From NCBI GenBank assembly GCA_005239955.1, contig SBAW01000011.1:6924-70923 (forward strand): a stretch of 64,000 nucleotides of DNA, written 5' to 3'. Made by a program: the position numbers and the translations under genes. Below the pieces are notes generated by a model. The model was not told where the DNA came from. It searched no databases and saw nothing but the letters and a program-made list of their open reading frames with translations. Source of the DNA: a bacterium (GTDB taxonomy: Bacteria > Patescibacteriota > Minisyncoccia > Phycocordibacterales > SBAW01). Every line of letters starts with the position of its first letter. Within the stretch, counting starts at the first letter, position 1. Positions 1-9,183 of the stretch are shown piece by piece.

Positions 1-36
1 GGCCGCACCATGTAGCGGCAACGCTCTCGAAGACCA

Positions 37-70
37 AGCGGCGCCTCCCCCGAGGCGCCGCTTTTGCTTT
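37..70 (+). terminator. rho-independent terminator (11-bp GC stem AGCGGCGCCTC/GAGGCGCCGCT, loop CCCC, T-run)
   Basis: Perfect inverted repeat followed by CTTTTGCTTTT, read directly from the sequence. Confidence 0.7.
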
Positions 71-112
71 TCTGTACTCGCTGCTTCGATTTGGCGAGTG
101 TATGCTTAAGGC

Positions 113-2425
113 ATGAAAACTGAGGGCCCAAAATTTTGGCAGCCTAACGACAAGGGATCGAAGCGTCGTTCGAAAAAACAAAATCCAGTAGTGCGTCCAT
201 CATACAATCCGCCTTTTGTATCAAAAAAGACAACCGTCGTATCAACCTCCGTTACCGACGAGAAGACGCCTTCAGTTTCAGCAGAGCCACACTCAAAATA
301 TGTTAACCCCTATAAGTGGGCAGATGATTTTAATACTCGTACAAAAGCCATCGAGGTAAGACAGCCGACAAAAACTCAAAATACTGAGGCCAAGGCGGCG
401 ATTCCTGGCGATTCACGCGCACACATGTCAGAAAGCGAAAGGATTGAAGAATTTACTGAAACTGGAAATTTTTCGTATCTCACACCAGCTCTCGCACGCA
501 AATTAGGCTTTGCTGTTGATGAAAACGGGGTCATCTCACTCTCTACCGAAGACGAAGATACTTTTCGGCATAACGAACTTCTTAAGCTCGGCATTGACAC
601 TGGCGCCCTTCGCAACACGTCTCCAGAATCTGCTCTCGTACAGCTCATTCCACTTGCGGCGACGCGACAAAGTTCGCACGACGATGATGGTGTCGAAAAC
701 AGAAAGTATATTGCGGAGGGTGAAATCCTCGCGCTCATCAGAGAACATCCGGAGAAATATGTCCACGCACTCTTTCGCCTCATTGATCTTAGGCATACCG
801 CTGGGCTGCAGACCATTGCGCTTGTAGATCATCTGACACACTTGATAAAGGATCACGTAACACAACTGCAGGAAGATCAGCAGAATCCGCATCTTCCAAA
901 AGCGCCTTATTATCGTAATCTTTTGAAATCGCTTGATTACATTATGAGTTCCGCAGAAGAGCTGAAAGGAAGATCTTCTTCGGAGCCGGGGGCACTGTAC
1001 TTCGTGAGTGCGAGAGCACAGGTGCTTGCTGATGAGATATTAGCGCTCGAACCTGTCAAACAAGATGTGGATCAAGTCATCCCTTTCGAACTCATAAAAG
1101 GAACATACGCGTTGTTTAGCGGCGACAAAAACCGAATCTATGTTGCTTCGCGTAGCGTATCGAAGAATGTTGCTCAAGCAATACGGACGGGGTGGACGTC
1201 GGAATTCGTAACGCGTGGCCACGACATCCCCTCTTATGATTATGAGTTTGTACCTGAGGCCGTCATCGATCTGCTCGATGATGTCCTCGACTCCGGGACA
1301 CCCATTGATCAGTATCTTGCCAGCATCCCCGCTCTTTCCGAGAAACTTACGCAGGACATGGTTGACGAATATGTTCTCATGCTTGATTCACGTATGCGAA
1401 AGATTATCGAAACTGACCTCAACATCCGGCTGCGCGATCTGTCCATTCCTGAACAACTCTATTTTCTCGAATATGCCAAAACTACGAGCCTGGGTTCGTT
1501 CGCACAACTTTCAGTATTTGTTCAAATTTACGAATCTCTTGGCCTCAGAACCTTTTTAGCCCTTGAACATTTTGATAAAAATTTTGGTGCAGACATTATT
1601 GAATATGGTAATTGGAAAGATGCTCTTGGCAATCGGGACCATGCCGATGAAGTATTCCATCGTTTCGGGAAGTTACAGGATAAAGTCAATGAAGTAAAAG
1701 AATTTCTCGTCGGACATTTTCATAAGAGTGCCGATAAAAAACTGATTTTCGATGTTCAAGAATATGTCCGTAAGCGAGCCGCGCAGTTTTTGGATGATGT
1801 GTTGAGTCATGGGCCTAGTTGGGAATCGTTCGGTAAGACAATCGAGCTGCTTAAAAAGGCCGATGAAGAAGTGGTTTTATTTACCAGTGCGACTAAATTG
1901 TTACAGAAGCGAGGTGAACTCTCACTTGAAGAAATCCAAGGAGTGTCACTTGAACAATATGAGGGTCAAACTATCTCAGAAAAAGATCGTGCCGAGATGC
2001 TTCGCATTCACGCCGAGCGATATCGCGAAAAATATCCCGCGGATCTCTATGAAACGTTGCATGGCCAACTCACCAAAGCTCTTTCGGATGATTCGTCACG
2101 TTTTTATCTCTTACGGCGCAAAGGAGAAATTGTAACCTATGTGAGGTTTGACAGTGCTGAAGAACATAAGAAAGGTGCACATGTTGCTTCCTTCATGACC
2201 GAGTCACGATTTGCGGGCGGTAATTTGGGCGAAGCGCTCTTTGAAGTCGCTCTTCAGCGCGAGCTCGCTCAAGGAAAAACGATATATGGCGAATGTGATC
2301 CACCACTCGCATCGCTCTATGAGCGGCATGGTTTCAAAGTTGTGCGAAAGTATGTCGATGCTCATGGCGTTCCGACGTCTGATATCGAATTAGCTCCCCC
2401 GTCCTCTTCTTCTGCCGCCGTTTGA
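113..2425 (+). CDS. large hypothetical protein (770 aa) with C-terminal GNAT-like acetyltransferase-fold region
   Basis: Long uninterrupted ORF. C-terminus (…GNLGEALFEVALQRELAQGKTIYGECDPPLASLYERHGFKV) resembles the GNAT acyl-CoA binding core. N-terminal two-thirds has no recognisable family. Confidence 0.55.
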   Translation: MKTEGPKFWQPNDKGSKRRSKKQNPVVRPSYNPPFVSKKTTVVSTSVTDEKTPSVSAEPHSKYVNPYKWADDFNTRTKAIEVRQPTKTQNTEAKAAIPGDSRAHMSESERIEEFTETGNFSYLTPALARKLGFAVDENGVISLSTEDEDTFRHNELLKLGIDTGALRNTSPESALVQLIPLAATRQSSHDDDGVENRKYIAEGEILALIREHPEKYVHALFRLIDLRHTAGLQTIALVDHLTHLIKDHVTQLQEDQQNPHLPKAPYYRNLLKSLDYIMSSAEELKGRSSSEPGALYFVSARAQVLADEILALEPVKQDVDQVIPFELIKGTYALFSGDKNRIYVASRSVSKNVAQAIRTGWTSEFVTRGHDIPSYDYEFVPEAVIDLLDDVLDSGTPIDQYLASIPALSEKLTQDMVDEYVLMLDSRMRKIIETDLNIRLRDLSIPEQLYFLEYAKTTSLGSFAQLSVFVQIYESLGLRTFLALEHFDKNFGADIIEYGNWKDALGNRDHADEVFHRFGKLQDKVNEVKEFLVGHFHKSADKKLIFDVQEYVRKRAAQFLDDVLSHGPSWESFGKTIELLKKADEEVVLFTSATKLLQKRGELSLEEIQGVSLEQYEGQTISEKDRAEMLRIHAERYREKYPADLYETLHGQLTKALSDDSSRFYLLRRKGEIVTYVRFDSAEEHKKGAHVASFMTESRFAGGNLGEALFEVALQRELAQGKTIYGECDPPLASLYERHGFKVVRKYVDAHGVPTSDIELAPPSSSSAAV

Positions 2426-3203
2426 ACTTTTTTCGGAATATACGCGAGAGGATTTTGCCACGTGAACTCAAAGAGCGAGCGATGCATTTCATAAATATGC
2501 TTGTCGGCGATAACGACGCCGATCATGCGGTCTCCCAAGGTGAAATAAGACACCTTGCCGTCATAAATTTGCATAACCGTACCAAATGACTGCGTCGGCC
2601 AGGGAATAAGTCGCTCTTCCGTAACGTCAGCAAAATAGTTTTCAATGGCTTTGCGGTTTTCCGGCGTATCAACGCCAATATTTTTCTTTCTGAGTCCAAG
2701 TTTGCGGCGGGCTTTTGCGAAGTCGCGACTGATTTCTGGAATCTCTCGCTCGACGGCATCGATGTCGACATATGAGTAAATATCGGTCTTCGATGTGAGT
2801 GCGTCATTCATAACTTCACGGACTCCTTCCTTATCCTCAAAAAAACGAATACCCGGTTTGCCGCCGGCGAGATTGAAGTCGCCGGTCAGCTTGTCGACAA
2901 TACCCGAGAGCGCGATGTCCGCTTGCTTGGCACGCCCCAGTCGTTTCTCGATGAGTTCCTTAAGTTTGAGCGGATGAGCTGCGGCGAAGATCGCCACTTT
3001 CTGCGGCTCTTCTTTTTTCTCAACCAGCCCCTCCGTCATCAATTGTTCGAGCACCTTATAGACAAGGGGACGCGAAATTTGGAGGCCGCCTCGGCGCGGA
3101 ATCAGGCTTGCCGGAAGCGGGCCCGTTTTTACGAGCGTTTCGTAGACACCTGCTTGATCGCTGGTGAGTCCTGTCTGAACCAATGTTTGTTCATATGCCA
3201 TAG
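2362..3203 (-). CDS. TrmB-family HTH transcriptional regulator
   Basis: N-terminal wHTH (MAYEQTLVQTGLTSDQAGVYETLVKTGPLPASLI…RPLVYKVLEQLMTEGLV) plus C-terminal TrmB-like domain. Likely start MAYEQ at 3203. Confidence 0.6.
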
Positions 3204-3322
3204 ATGGAGGATAGCAAGAATCGGACATTTTGTCAATACTGTGTGACAGTTATATCCAGTATTTCCATTCTATGCTTTACTAAAAGGCTTAAATATGGTG
3301 ACAATATAATAAATTTCTGTCA

Positions 3323-3351
3323 CCATGATATTGACATTAAGTCAAATAGCT
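3323..3351 (+). promoter_or_regulatory. sigma70-like promoter TTGACA-17bp-TATCAT
   Basis: Consensus -35 with 17-bp spacer to TATCAT in an AT-rich region. Flanked upstream by palindromes ACTGTgtgACAGT and TGGTGACA…TGTCACCA. Confidence 0.5.
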
Positions 3352-3962
3352 GCTATCATGTGTGCAGAATCAAGTTCGTTAAAGGGAGGTAATGAACGGA
3401 TCGCCCCCCATTCTCTAGGTCCTTAATTAGGACGGGCACTGCGGCCCTTCGCGAAAGCGAGCTAAGCGCAGAAAGAGGAGAGAGTGGGGATGAGAGGCAA
3501 TCCAATCAATATCTCGTTTGCCGATAACGCGCTCTGGTTTCGATGGGCCGCAAACTTCTCGAGACTATCGAGCTCTGTCTATAAGGCGAGCGTTATCACC
3601 CGTGTCCTGAAGGAGCGACAGACTTTCATGCTTCTTCGGGGAGACATCGGCGGGAGAGGAGGGACTAACCACCTCTCGTCTTCCGGAATGTCTCTACTGC
3701 TTTGGGATGCCAAAGAATGGGAGAGAGGTTTTTTGAAAACTGAATAGTGAACTAGGAATGATCGCAGAACAATAGTTTCTGTCTTATACACAGAACGACT
3801 GCATTGTTGTTCCTCGTCACCGTACTGCGGCGATAGCGTAAGAAACTTATAGCTCGGTTCGGTACGAGGGATCGCATAGCGCGATTCCAAAGAGGAGAAG
3901 AGAAACAAAAACATTACGTCACAGCTCTTCACTCCTCATGAGTTTTTGATTCAAACTTTTTA

Positions 3963-3990
3963 TTCTAGTGTTTTGCAAAACACTAGAATA
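3963..3990. promoter_or_regulatory. perfect 28-bp palindrome ATTCTAGTGTTTTGCAAAACACTAGAAT (putative operator)
   Basis: Exact inverted repeat about 100 bp upstream of the first gene of the GC-rich cassette. Confidence 0.5.
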
Positions 3991-4089
3991 AGGAGAGAAG
4001 CCGAAGTAATTTCGAAAATTCATGAGGGGCGTGTCGCTCCAGCCCATCTCGCGAGGGGGTCGCGAGCATCGAGCCATAAGGAGGGCACG

Positions 4090-4488
4090 ATGGACCAGTT
4101 TTTCGACCTACTCGGCAAAGTCGCTGACTTTGCCGGAGCCGTCGGCGGGATCATCTCCGCCGTCGGCGTACTGAAACTCCTGGCCCGGCAGGGCCAGGAA
4201 AAGCAGGACGTGCGCGTCCTGCTGACGATTCAGGGCGAGGGGAGGAGCGTCGAGCTCCCTCTCGTCTTGAAGCGGCGCGACGTGAGTCGCGCCGAGTTGC
4301 TTGGCCGCATCGGGATGCTCCCGATGCGGCAAAAGGGGGCGAGGTTTTCCCTTCGCGCCCTCTCAACCGCCGCCTTCATGGCGGCGGTCAACGAGGTCGT
4401 GGACGGGAAGTCCACCACGCTCGTCATTCCCGCCTCGCGAGAGGAGGTCGAGCAATTCGATCTTCCCGCGGGCGGGACGGCGGCCTAG
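4090..4488 (+). CDS. hypothetical protein (132 aa), N-terminal hydrophobic helix, GC-rich
   Basis: Strong RBS AAGGAGGG before the ATG. About 65% GC against roughly 50% in the flanks. No family recognised. Confidence 0.5.
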   Translation: MDQFFDLLGKVADFAGAVGGIISAVGVLKLLARQGQEKQDVRVLLTIQGEGRSVELPLVLKRRDVSRAELLGRIGMLPMRQKGARFSLRALSTAAFMAAVNEVVDGKSTTLVIPASREEVEQFDLPAGGTAA

Positions 4489-4737
4489 CGCATAGGGCCG
4501 CCGCGGAGATGTGGGGACTCCGTATTGATTCCTCACTTGGGCGACGCGCGCGTCGAGCGCGTTGTCCGTTGGAAGCTTCGGGGTCTCACGAAGGCCTCGT
4601 AGCTTCCCGAGAGTTTGCAGGTTCTCTCGCTGGTTAAAAACCTGCAACGGTTTGGGGTGAGCGTGGCTTGGTCGCTGCGCTCGCCTCCTTTTTCGAGAGC
4701 GTGGAATGGTTCGCGCACTCGAACAGAGGAGAGAGTA

Positions 4738-5130
4738 ATGATCAAAATAAAAATCCTCTCCGGACCTTACGCGGGGAAGGAGAGGGAGATAACTGAAGAG
4801 ATGGGGGTGGATCCGCACCCGCTCTTTATGGAGTTCGTGCGGTTCGGCTATCGCTGGCATGTGGACTACTCGCGCGCCAACGAGAGCGAGAAGTTCCAGT
4901 GGTGGCGAGAAGATCTCGCGGCACGCATCGTTCGCGCGCTGCGGGAAGGTCGCCCTGTATTCTTCCAAGACGTCGAATACCGCTCATCGTCCAGCAGGGA
5001 CGAGGTGTTCGAGGTCGCCGGCAAGATTGAGGATGCCATCGTCGGCAGCGGCTACTTCGTCACGGTCGGCTACGACGACGAGCGTGGCGTTCTCATCGCG
5101 ACCGGTCCGCGCGAGCACAAACTCCAATGA
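4738..5130 (+). CDS. hypothetical protein (130 aa), GC-rich cassette gene 2
   Basis: RBS AGAGGAGAGAG before the ATG. ORF MIKIKILSGPYAGKEREITEE…. No family recognised. Confidence 0.5.
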   Translation: MIKIKILSGPYAGKEREITEEMGVDPHPLFMEFVRFGYRWHVDYSRANESEKFQWWREDLAARIVRALREGRPVFFQDVEYRSSSSRDEVFEVAGKIEDAIVGSGYFVTVGYDDERGVLIATGPREHKLQ

Positions 5131-5208
5131 AAGGAGGAATAGTTTGTGCTCGCGCTTTCTATTCAGAACGCGAATGGTCGCGTCCTGATTGAAAGAAGGA
5201 GAAGAAAA

Positions 5209-5421
5209 ATGAGATCGAAATCCTCTCGCGTCGTCTTCGGCCTCGTGTTGATCGCCACAGGGGTCGCATATGCCGAATACGCGTGGCCCAAAATGGCCCA
5301 CCTCGGTTGGCTCCAGCCGACATGGATTATCCCGCCAGCCCTCATTCTGTGCGGGATCGCCCTCGGCATTTCCGCCTTCTGGAAACGCAGGGGCCCCAAA
5401 GACCCCGCCAATGATGTGTGA
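5209..5421 (+). CDS. small two-TM membrane protein (70 aa), GC-rich cassette gene 3
   Basis: RBS GAAGGAGAAG. Two hydrophobic segments (VVFGLVLIATGVAYA; IIPPALILCGIALGISAFW). Confidence 0.45.
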   Translation: MRSKSSRVVFGLVLIATGVAYAEYAWPKMAHLGWLQPTWIIPPALILCGIALGISAFWKRRGPKDPANDV

Positions 5422-5534
5422 AAGGAGTATATTCAGGACGAGCCGCAAACTGTGCGGCTCGTCCACCATATCGAGTTTTTATCCTGAGCGTAGTCGAAGG
5501 ATGAAGATTCGTCAGGGATTGCGAAAAAGAAAGT

Positions 5535-5579
5535 CCTTATTCTTATGTTCTGCAGAACTACAGAGCATCAGAATAAGGA
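5535..5579. repeat. stem-loop CCTTATTCT…(27 nt)…AGAATAAGG sharing the AGAATAAGGA motif with the 3963-3995 palindrome
   Basis: 9-bp inverted repeat. The same decamer sits at the downstream edge of the upstream palindrome, so both may mark the cassette boundaries. Confidence 0.4.
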
Positions 5580-5858
5580 TAAGGCGCGCAAATGGTTGTC
5601 AGGGCGCCTGGTGTGATATCGGAGAGAGCCGCGTTTTGGATATGTTCACGTTAGTGGAGATATTCAAAAACTCTCTCCTCGAGCCGAGCACTAAATTTTG
5701 AAAGATTTTAGTGCTCGGTAAACGCGGGTTTCTCCCCGCTGTCGCACCCGGCGTTTTGATCGCCCTATAACCATTCTCTTATTCGCACGAATAGGGGAAT
5801 GGTCTTAAGAATCTAAAAATGTTCGATAGTTTTCGCGCACCATACCGTCTGCTATAGT

Positions 5859-6074
5859 ATGCTCATGTATACAGCGATATATAAAAAAGCTCGAAGCGGC
5901 TATGTTGCTTGGATCGAGGAAATTCCTGGCGTAAACACGCAAGGTGAGACTAAGCGAGAAGCGCAAGAGAATTTGCGTGATGCGTTGAAGGAATTTCTTG
6001 TCGCACGACGCGAAATTACTCGTCGCGCACAGCAGAGCGGTACTATTTCGCGGGGGCGTCTTGCGGTCGCCTAG
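5859..6074 (+). CDS. hicB: HicB-family antitoxin
   Basis: YTAIYKKARSGYVAWIEEIPGVNTQGETKREAQENLRDALKEFL matches the HicB/UPF0150 fold. Immediately followed by hicA. Confidence 0.7.
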   Translation: MLMYTAIYKKARSGYVAWIEEIPGVNTQGETKREAQENLRDALKEFLVARREITRRAQQSGTISRGRLAVA

Positions 6075-6082
6075 CTCGTCTC

Positions 6083-6277
6083 ATGAGACGTCGGGACCTT
6101 GAGCGCCATCTGCGCTTCAACGGCTGTCGGTTCTTTCGTGAAGGCGCAAAGCACAGCGTTTACTACAACCCAAAGAATGGTTTACTCACTACCGTGCCAC
6201 GCCATGCAGAACTTAAAACCTTCCTGACGCGAAAGATATGTAAAGATCTGGGAATTCCTCCTCCAACCAGAAGATAG
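6083..6277 (+). CDS. hicA: HicA-family mRNA interferase toxin
   Basis: LRFNGCRFFREGAKHSVYYNPKNGLLTTVPRHAELKTFLTRKICKDLGI matches the YcfA/HicA motif pattern. Confidence 0.7.
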   Translation: MRRRDLERHLRFNGCRFFREGAKHSVYYNPKNGLLTTVPRHAELKTFLTRKICKDLGIPPPTRR

Positions 6278-7291
6278 TCACTGGTCCTCCAATAGCTGCA
6301 GCGTTTTTTCGTTGCGAAGCACCGATTCAACATAAATAGTTACTCGTTCGCGGTCGGCGTCTTTAAACTGCGTGAGGATGTGGTCGGCTTCGCGTTTGAT
6401 GTCCTCCGCTGGGACTTCCACTTTTTCTTCCTCGGCAATTTTGTTGAGTACCAGTTGGAGTCGCGCACGTTTCTCCGCCCCAGAGCGCCACTCTTTACGC
6501 ATCTCTTCTTCGGTTTTCTTGACGTTTTTGAGGTAATCTTCAAGCGATGAGCCGAGGTGCTTGAGGTCTTCGCGAAGCTGCCCAATCATTTTCTCCAGTT
6601 CGCTTTCAATGAAAAGATTCGGGACTTCAAGCCTCGTTTTCTCAAGGATGGCATCAGTTATGGCCGCGCGACGTTTCTCTTTACTCTCTTGCGCGCGGCG
6701 CTCGGTCAGTCCCTTTTTCGTTGTTTCTTTGAGTTCCGCCAAAGTTTTGAAGTTGCCGAGTTGCATCGCAAATGCGTCATCAATTGGCGGCACTATTTCC
6801 TTGCCCTCGGCGTCTTTGCTCTTGAGTTGCCCCTGAAACTCAACCAAGAGTTTCTCAACATCGGCGTCAATAACCGCATCGGGCTCCTTTTTCTCATGTT
6901 TTTTTGCGATCGATTTGTAATCGGGGAGTTTAATCTCGGGCATGACCGCGGTTGTTGCCGTAAATCCGACCGGATTTCCTGGCGCGAGTTTGGTGAGGGT
7001 AACGGTGGGCCGCCCGACCGCTTCAATGCTCTCTTCTTTGACGGCTTCAAGATAGAGTTCGGGGAACGCGTGCTTCACCGCTTCTTCAAGAACGCCTACT
7101 TCGCCGATGCGCTCTAAGATCATATGCTCGGGCACATGGCCTTTCCGAAACCCCGGAAGCTCGGTTTTCTCCTGCAGTTCCTTCATCGCCTTCGCGCGAA
7201 AGGGGAGGAGAACACCAAAGGGAATTTCTCCTTTGATTTCTACTTCCGAGGCAGGGAGTTTTTTTATGGAAATATTCGTTATGCGAGCCAT
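6278..7291 (-). CDS. tig: trigger factor (short form)
   Basis: N-terminal ribosome-binding domain with GFRKGHVP signature, then PPIase-like and C-terminal arm regions. Confidence 0.75.
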   Translation of the reverse strand: MARITNISIKKLPASEVEIKGEIPFGVLLPFRAKAMKELQEKTELPGFRKGHVPEHMILERIGEVGVLEEAVKHAFPELYLEAVKEESIEAVGRPTVTLTKLAPGNPVGFTATTAVMPEIKLPDYKSIAKKHEKKEPDAVIDADVEKLLVEFQGQLKSKDAEGKEIVPPIDDAFAMQLGNFKTLAELKETTKKGLTERRAQESKEKRRAAITDAILEKTRLEVPNLFIESELEKMIGQLREDLKHLGSSLEDYLKNVKKTEEEMRKEWRSGAEKRARLQLVLNKIAEEEKVEVPAEDIKREADHILTQFKDADRERVTIYVESVLRNEKTLQLLEDQ

Positions 7292-7317
7292 AAGGAAGAA
7301 AGTTTAGCACAAGGAGT

Positions 7318-7420
7318 TAGGAATTAGGAAGTTAGGATATAGTGAAACAAAATACAAAACCGGCCGCGAGAGCGGCCGGTTTTGTATCTAACTCCTATCT
7401 CCTAAATCCTATTTCCTATT
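7318..7420. repeat. symmetric array: 3× TTAGGA repeats, then hairpin AAACCGGCCGC-GAGA-GCGGCCGGTTT (7357-7383), then 4× TCCTA repeats
   Basis: Read directly. GC hairpin with flanking A/T runs (bidirectional terminator) sits inside inverted short tandem repeats. Confidence 0.6.
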
Positions 7421-7422
7421 TC

Positions 7423-7764
7423 TTACTGCAGCTCTGCTTCAGCTTGAGTTGTCCCTTCGTCAAGATTATTGAGATCGGTTGCCGAGAGGTCCGCTTCAAT
7501 GGCGCTTGCGGCGTCTGATGACCCTTGGGCGCTCAAGCGATCAGTTTTGCTATCGGGCGCATTTTCAATTTGCGCCGCCTCTTGTCGTGCTTTTTCAAGT
7601 TCGTCCTCCTTTTTCAGTTGTTCGCCCCAGAAGTAGAGGCCGCCAAGGAGAAGCACAATAATAATGATGGCGATACCGACAATAGGACCAATGCTCCCGG
7701 ATTTTTTCGGCGGCATGCCCCCGCTCACTTGAGCGGGATTCATAACAGGTTGCTGATCGTTCAT
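7423..7764 (-). CDS. hypothetical small membrane protein
   Basis: One TM segment (IGPIVGIAIIIIVLLLGGLYFW), then acidic/coiled tail. Confidence 0.45.
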   Translation of the reverse strand: MNDQQPVMNPAQVSGGMPPKKSGSIGPIVGIAIIIIVLLLGGLYFWGEQLKKEDELEKARQEAAQIENAPDSKTDRLSAQGSSDAASAIEADLSATDLNNLDEGTTQAEAELQ

Positions 7765-7782
7765 AGGAGGTTTGTAGGGTAA

Positions 7783-8508
7783 TTATGGATTCACTTGAAC
7801 ATTCATGTCAACAGAGGCATTTGCGTCAACCGAAGCGGCGTCCGCGTTTGCTTTGGCACCCCCGGCTGCTTTTACTTCGCGGATCGTAGCAACGAGCGCG
7901 GCATGCGCTTCTTTTATAGCCTCAATCGCGAGGCGGATCTTTTCCTTTACTTCCTTAAATATCTCCCCCGGTCGGTCGGCGGAAATCGTGATATCAATTG
8001 AGGCTTTGAGGGCAAGGACGGCCGCATCAGCTTCCGCAATCTCTACTTCAGCCTTCGCGAGAAGCTCTTTTGCCTTGGTCATATCAACGCCCATGTCCTC
8101 GAGTTTTTCGATACGTGCTTCAATGCGCTCCGCAAGTTTCTCAAAACGCAGGACAGCTGCAGAGAGCCGACGCACTATTTTTGCCAGATATGCTTTTGCG
8201 CGCTCCTTTGCCGCTTCGGCGATTTTTTCTCGGCGCTCAGCAGTTGTTGACGCAATTGTTTCTTTTCGTTCCTCGCGTCTCTCCTCTATTTGTTCTTTTG
8301 TTGTCGTTGAGCGGGGTCCCAACGGATTAATAAATGGTTTGGGGCGGACTTTTACGTCAGTTGAACTCGTAGCATTTACGTCTACCTGCGCCGTATCCTC
8401 CGCGCGCACAACGTTACTTGAAATGCTAAAAACCAAAATCAGCACTGCCGAGGTGACGAGAGCGACAAACAGGGCTTTTTTCTTCTGCGGGTTCACGGTA
8501 GTAACCAT
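7783..8508 (-). CDS. hypothetical secreted coiled-coil protein
   Basis: N-terminal signal/TM segment, then long Ala/Glu/Lys/Arg-rich helical repeats. Confidence 0.45.
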   Translation of the reverse strand: MVTTVNPQKKKALFVALVTSAVLILVFSISSNVVRAEDTAQVDVNATSSTDVKVRPKPFINPLGPRSTTTKEQIEERREERKETIASTTAERREKIAEAAKERAKAYLAKIVRRLSAAVLRFEKLAERIEARIEKLEDMGVDMTKAKELLAKAEVEIAEADAAVLALKASIDITISADRPGEIFKEVKEKIRLAIEAIKEAHAALVATIREVKAAGGAKANADAASVDANASVDMNVQVNP

Positions 8509-8633
8509 ACGATACTACTAATAGGTAGCGGTTAGTATATCCCTTCTTCGTCGACATGAAGAGGGGAGGTGTTCACAGACAAGGCAAAACCTTTCTTCAT
8601 GAACCCCTCACCTATGAAGACGTCAAAGGCTCC

Positions 8634-9167
8634 CTACTTCTTACCGAACTTTTCGCTATAGAGTTTTTGCGAGTGTTCCAAGGCTTTTTTGCCTTCAGCC
8701 GCCCCTTCAAAACCAGTTACTTTAACCTCCACGGGCTTGCCTTTCAGGAGTTTGATGGTTTCAAAGAAGAGCTTTATTTCGCGAAGCGTGTGTTGGTTGA
8801 GATCGGCAACATCTTTTACGTCTTCATAGCGTCGGTCATCTGCGGGAACGCCAAGGATTTTATCGTCCGACTCTCCTCCATCAATCATGCGCATAACGCC
8901 GATGATGCGGGTCGGCACAAGAACGCCGGGGAAAAACGGAAAATGCGAAAAGAGAAGCACGTCAACTGCGTCGCCGTCATCCCAGAGCGTCTGGGGTACA
9001 AAACCGTAATTGGTAGGGTAGTGCGTCGGCCCGTAATTCACGCGGTCAAGCCTCATAAGCCCCGTCTCTTTGTCGAGTTCATATTTATTCGATGAACCAG
9101 CGGGGATTTCAACAATAACGTTCAGTTCTTCAGCAGACCCAGCCTGTATGTCGTGCCACAAATTCAT
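8634..9167 (-). CDS. ppa: inorganic pyrophosphatase (family I)
   Basis: MNLWHDIQAGS…EIPAGSSNKYELDKETG…DGDAVDVL… are classic PPase active-site motifs. Confidence 0.9.
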   Translation of the reverse strand: MNLWHDIQAGSAEELNVIVEIPAGSSNKYELDKETGLMRLDRVNYGPTHYPTNYGFVPQTLWDDGDAVDVLLFSHFPFFPGVLVPTRIIGVMRMIDGGESDDKILGVPADDRRYEDVKDVADLNQHTLREIKLFFETIKLLKGKPVEVKVTGFEGAAEGKKALEHSQKLYSEKFGKK

Positions 9168-9183
9168 ATATTTATAATAACCC

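Noticed and set aside
3484-3932. 87-aa (+) and 117-aa (-) ORFs downstream of the strong promoter
   Set aside because: Implausible amino-acid sequences, mutually overlapping, in a region dominated by RNA-like inverted repeats. Treated as non-coding pending evidence.
7805-8521. 238-aa + strand ORF, Ala/Ser/Arg-rich
   Set aside because: Antisense shadow of the coiled-coil gene 7783..8508 (-). Composition mirrors the codon bias of that gene; no motifs.
8556-9095. 179-aa + strand ORF
   Set aside because: Antisense to ppa, which has unmistakable pyrophosphatase motifs.
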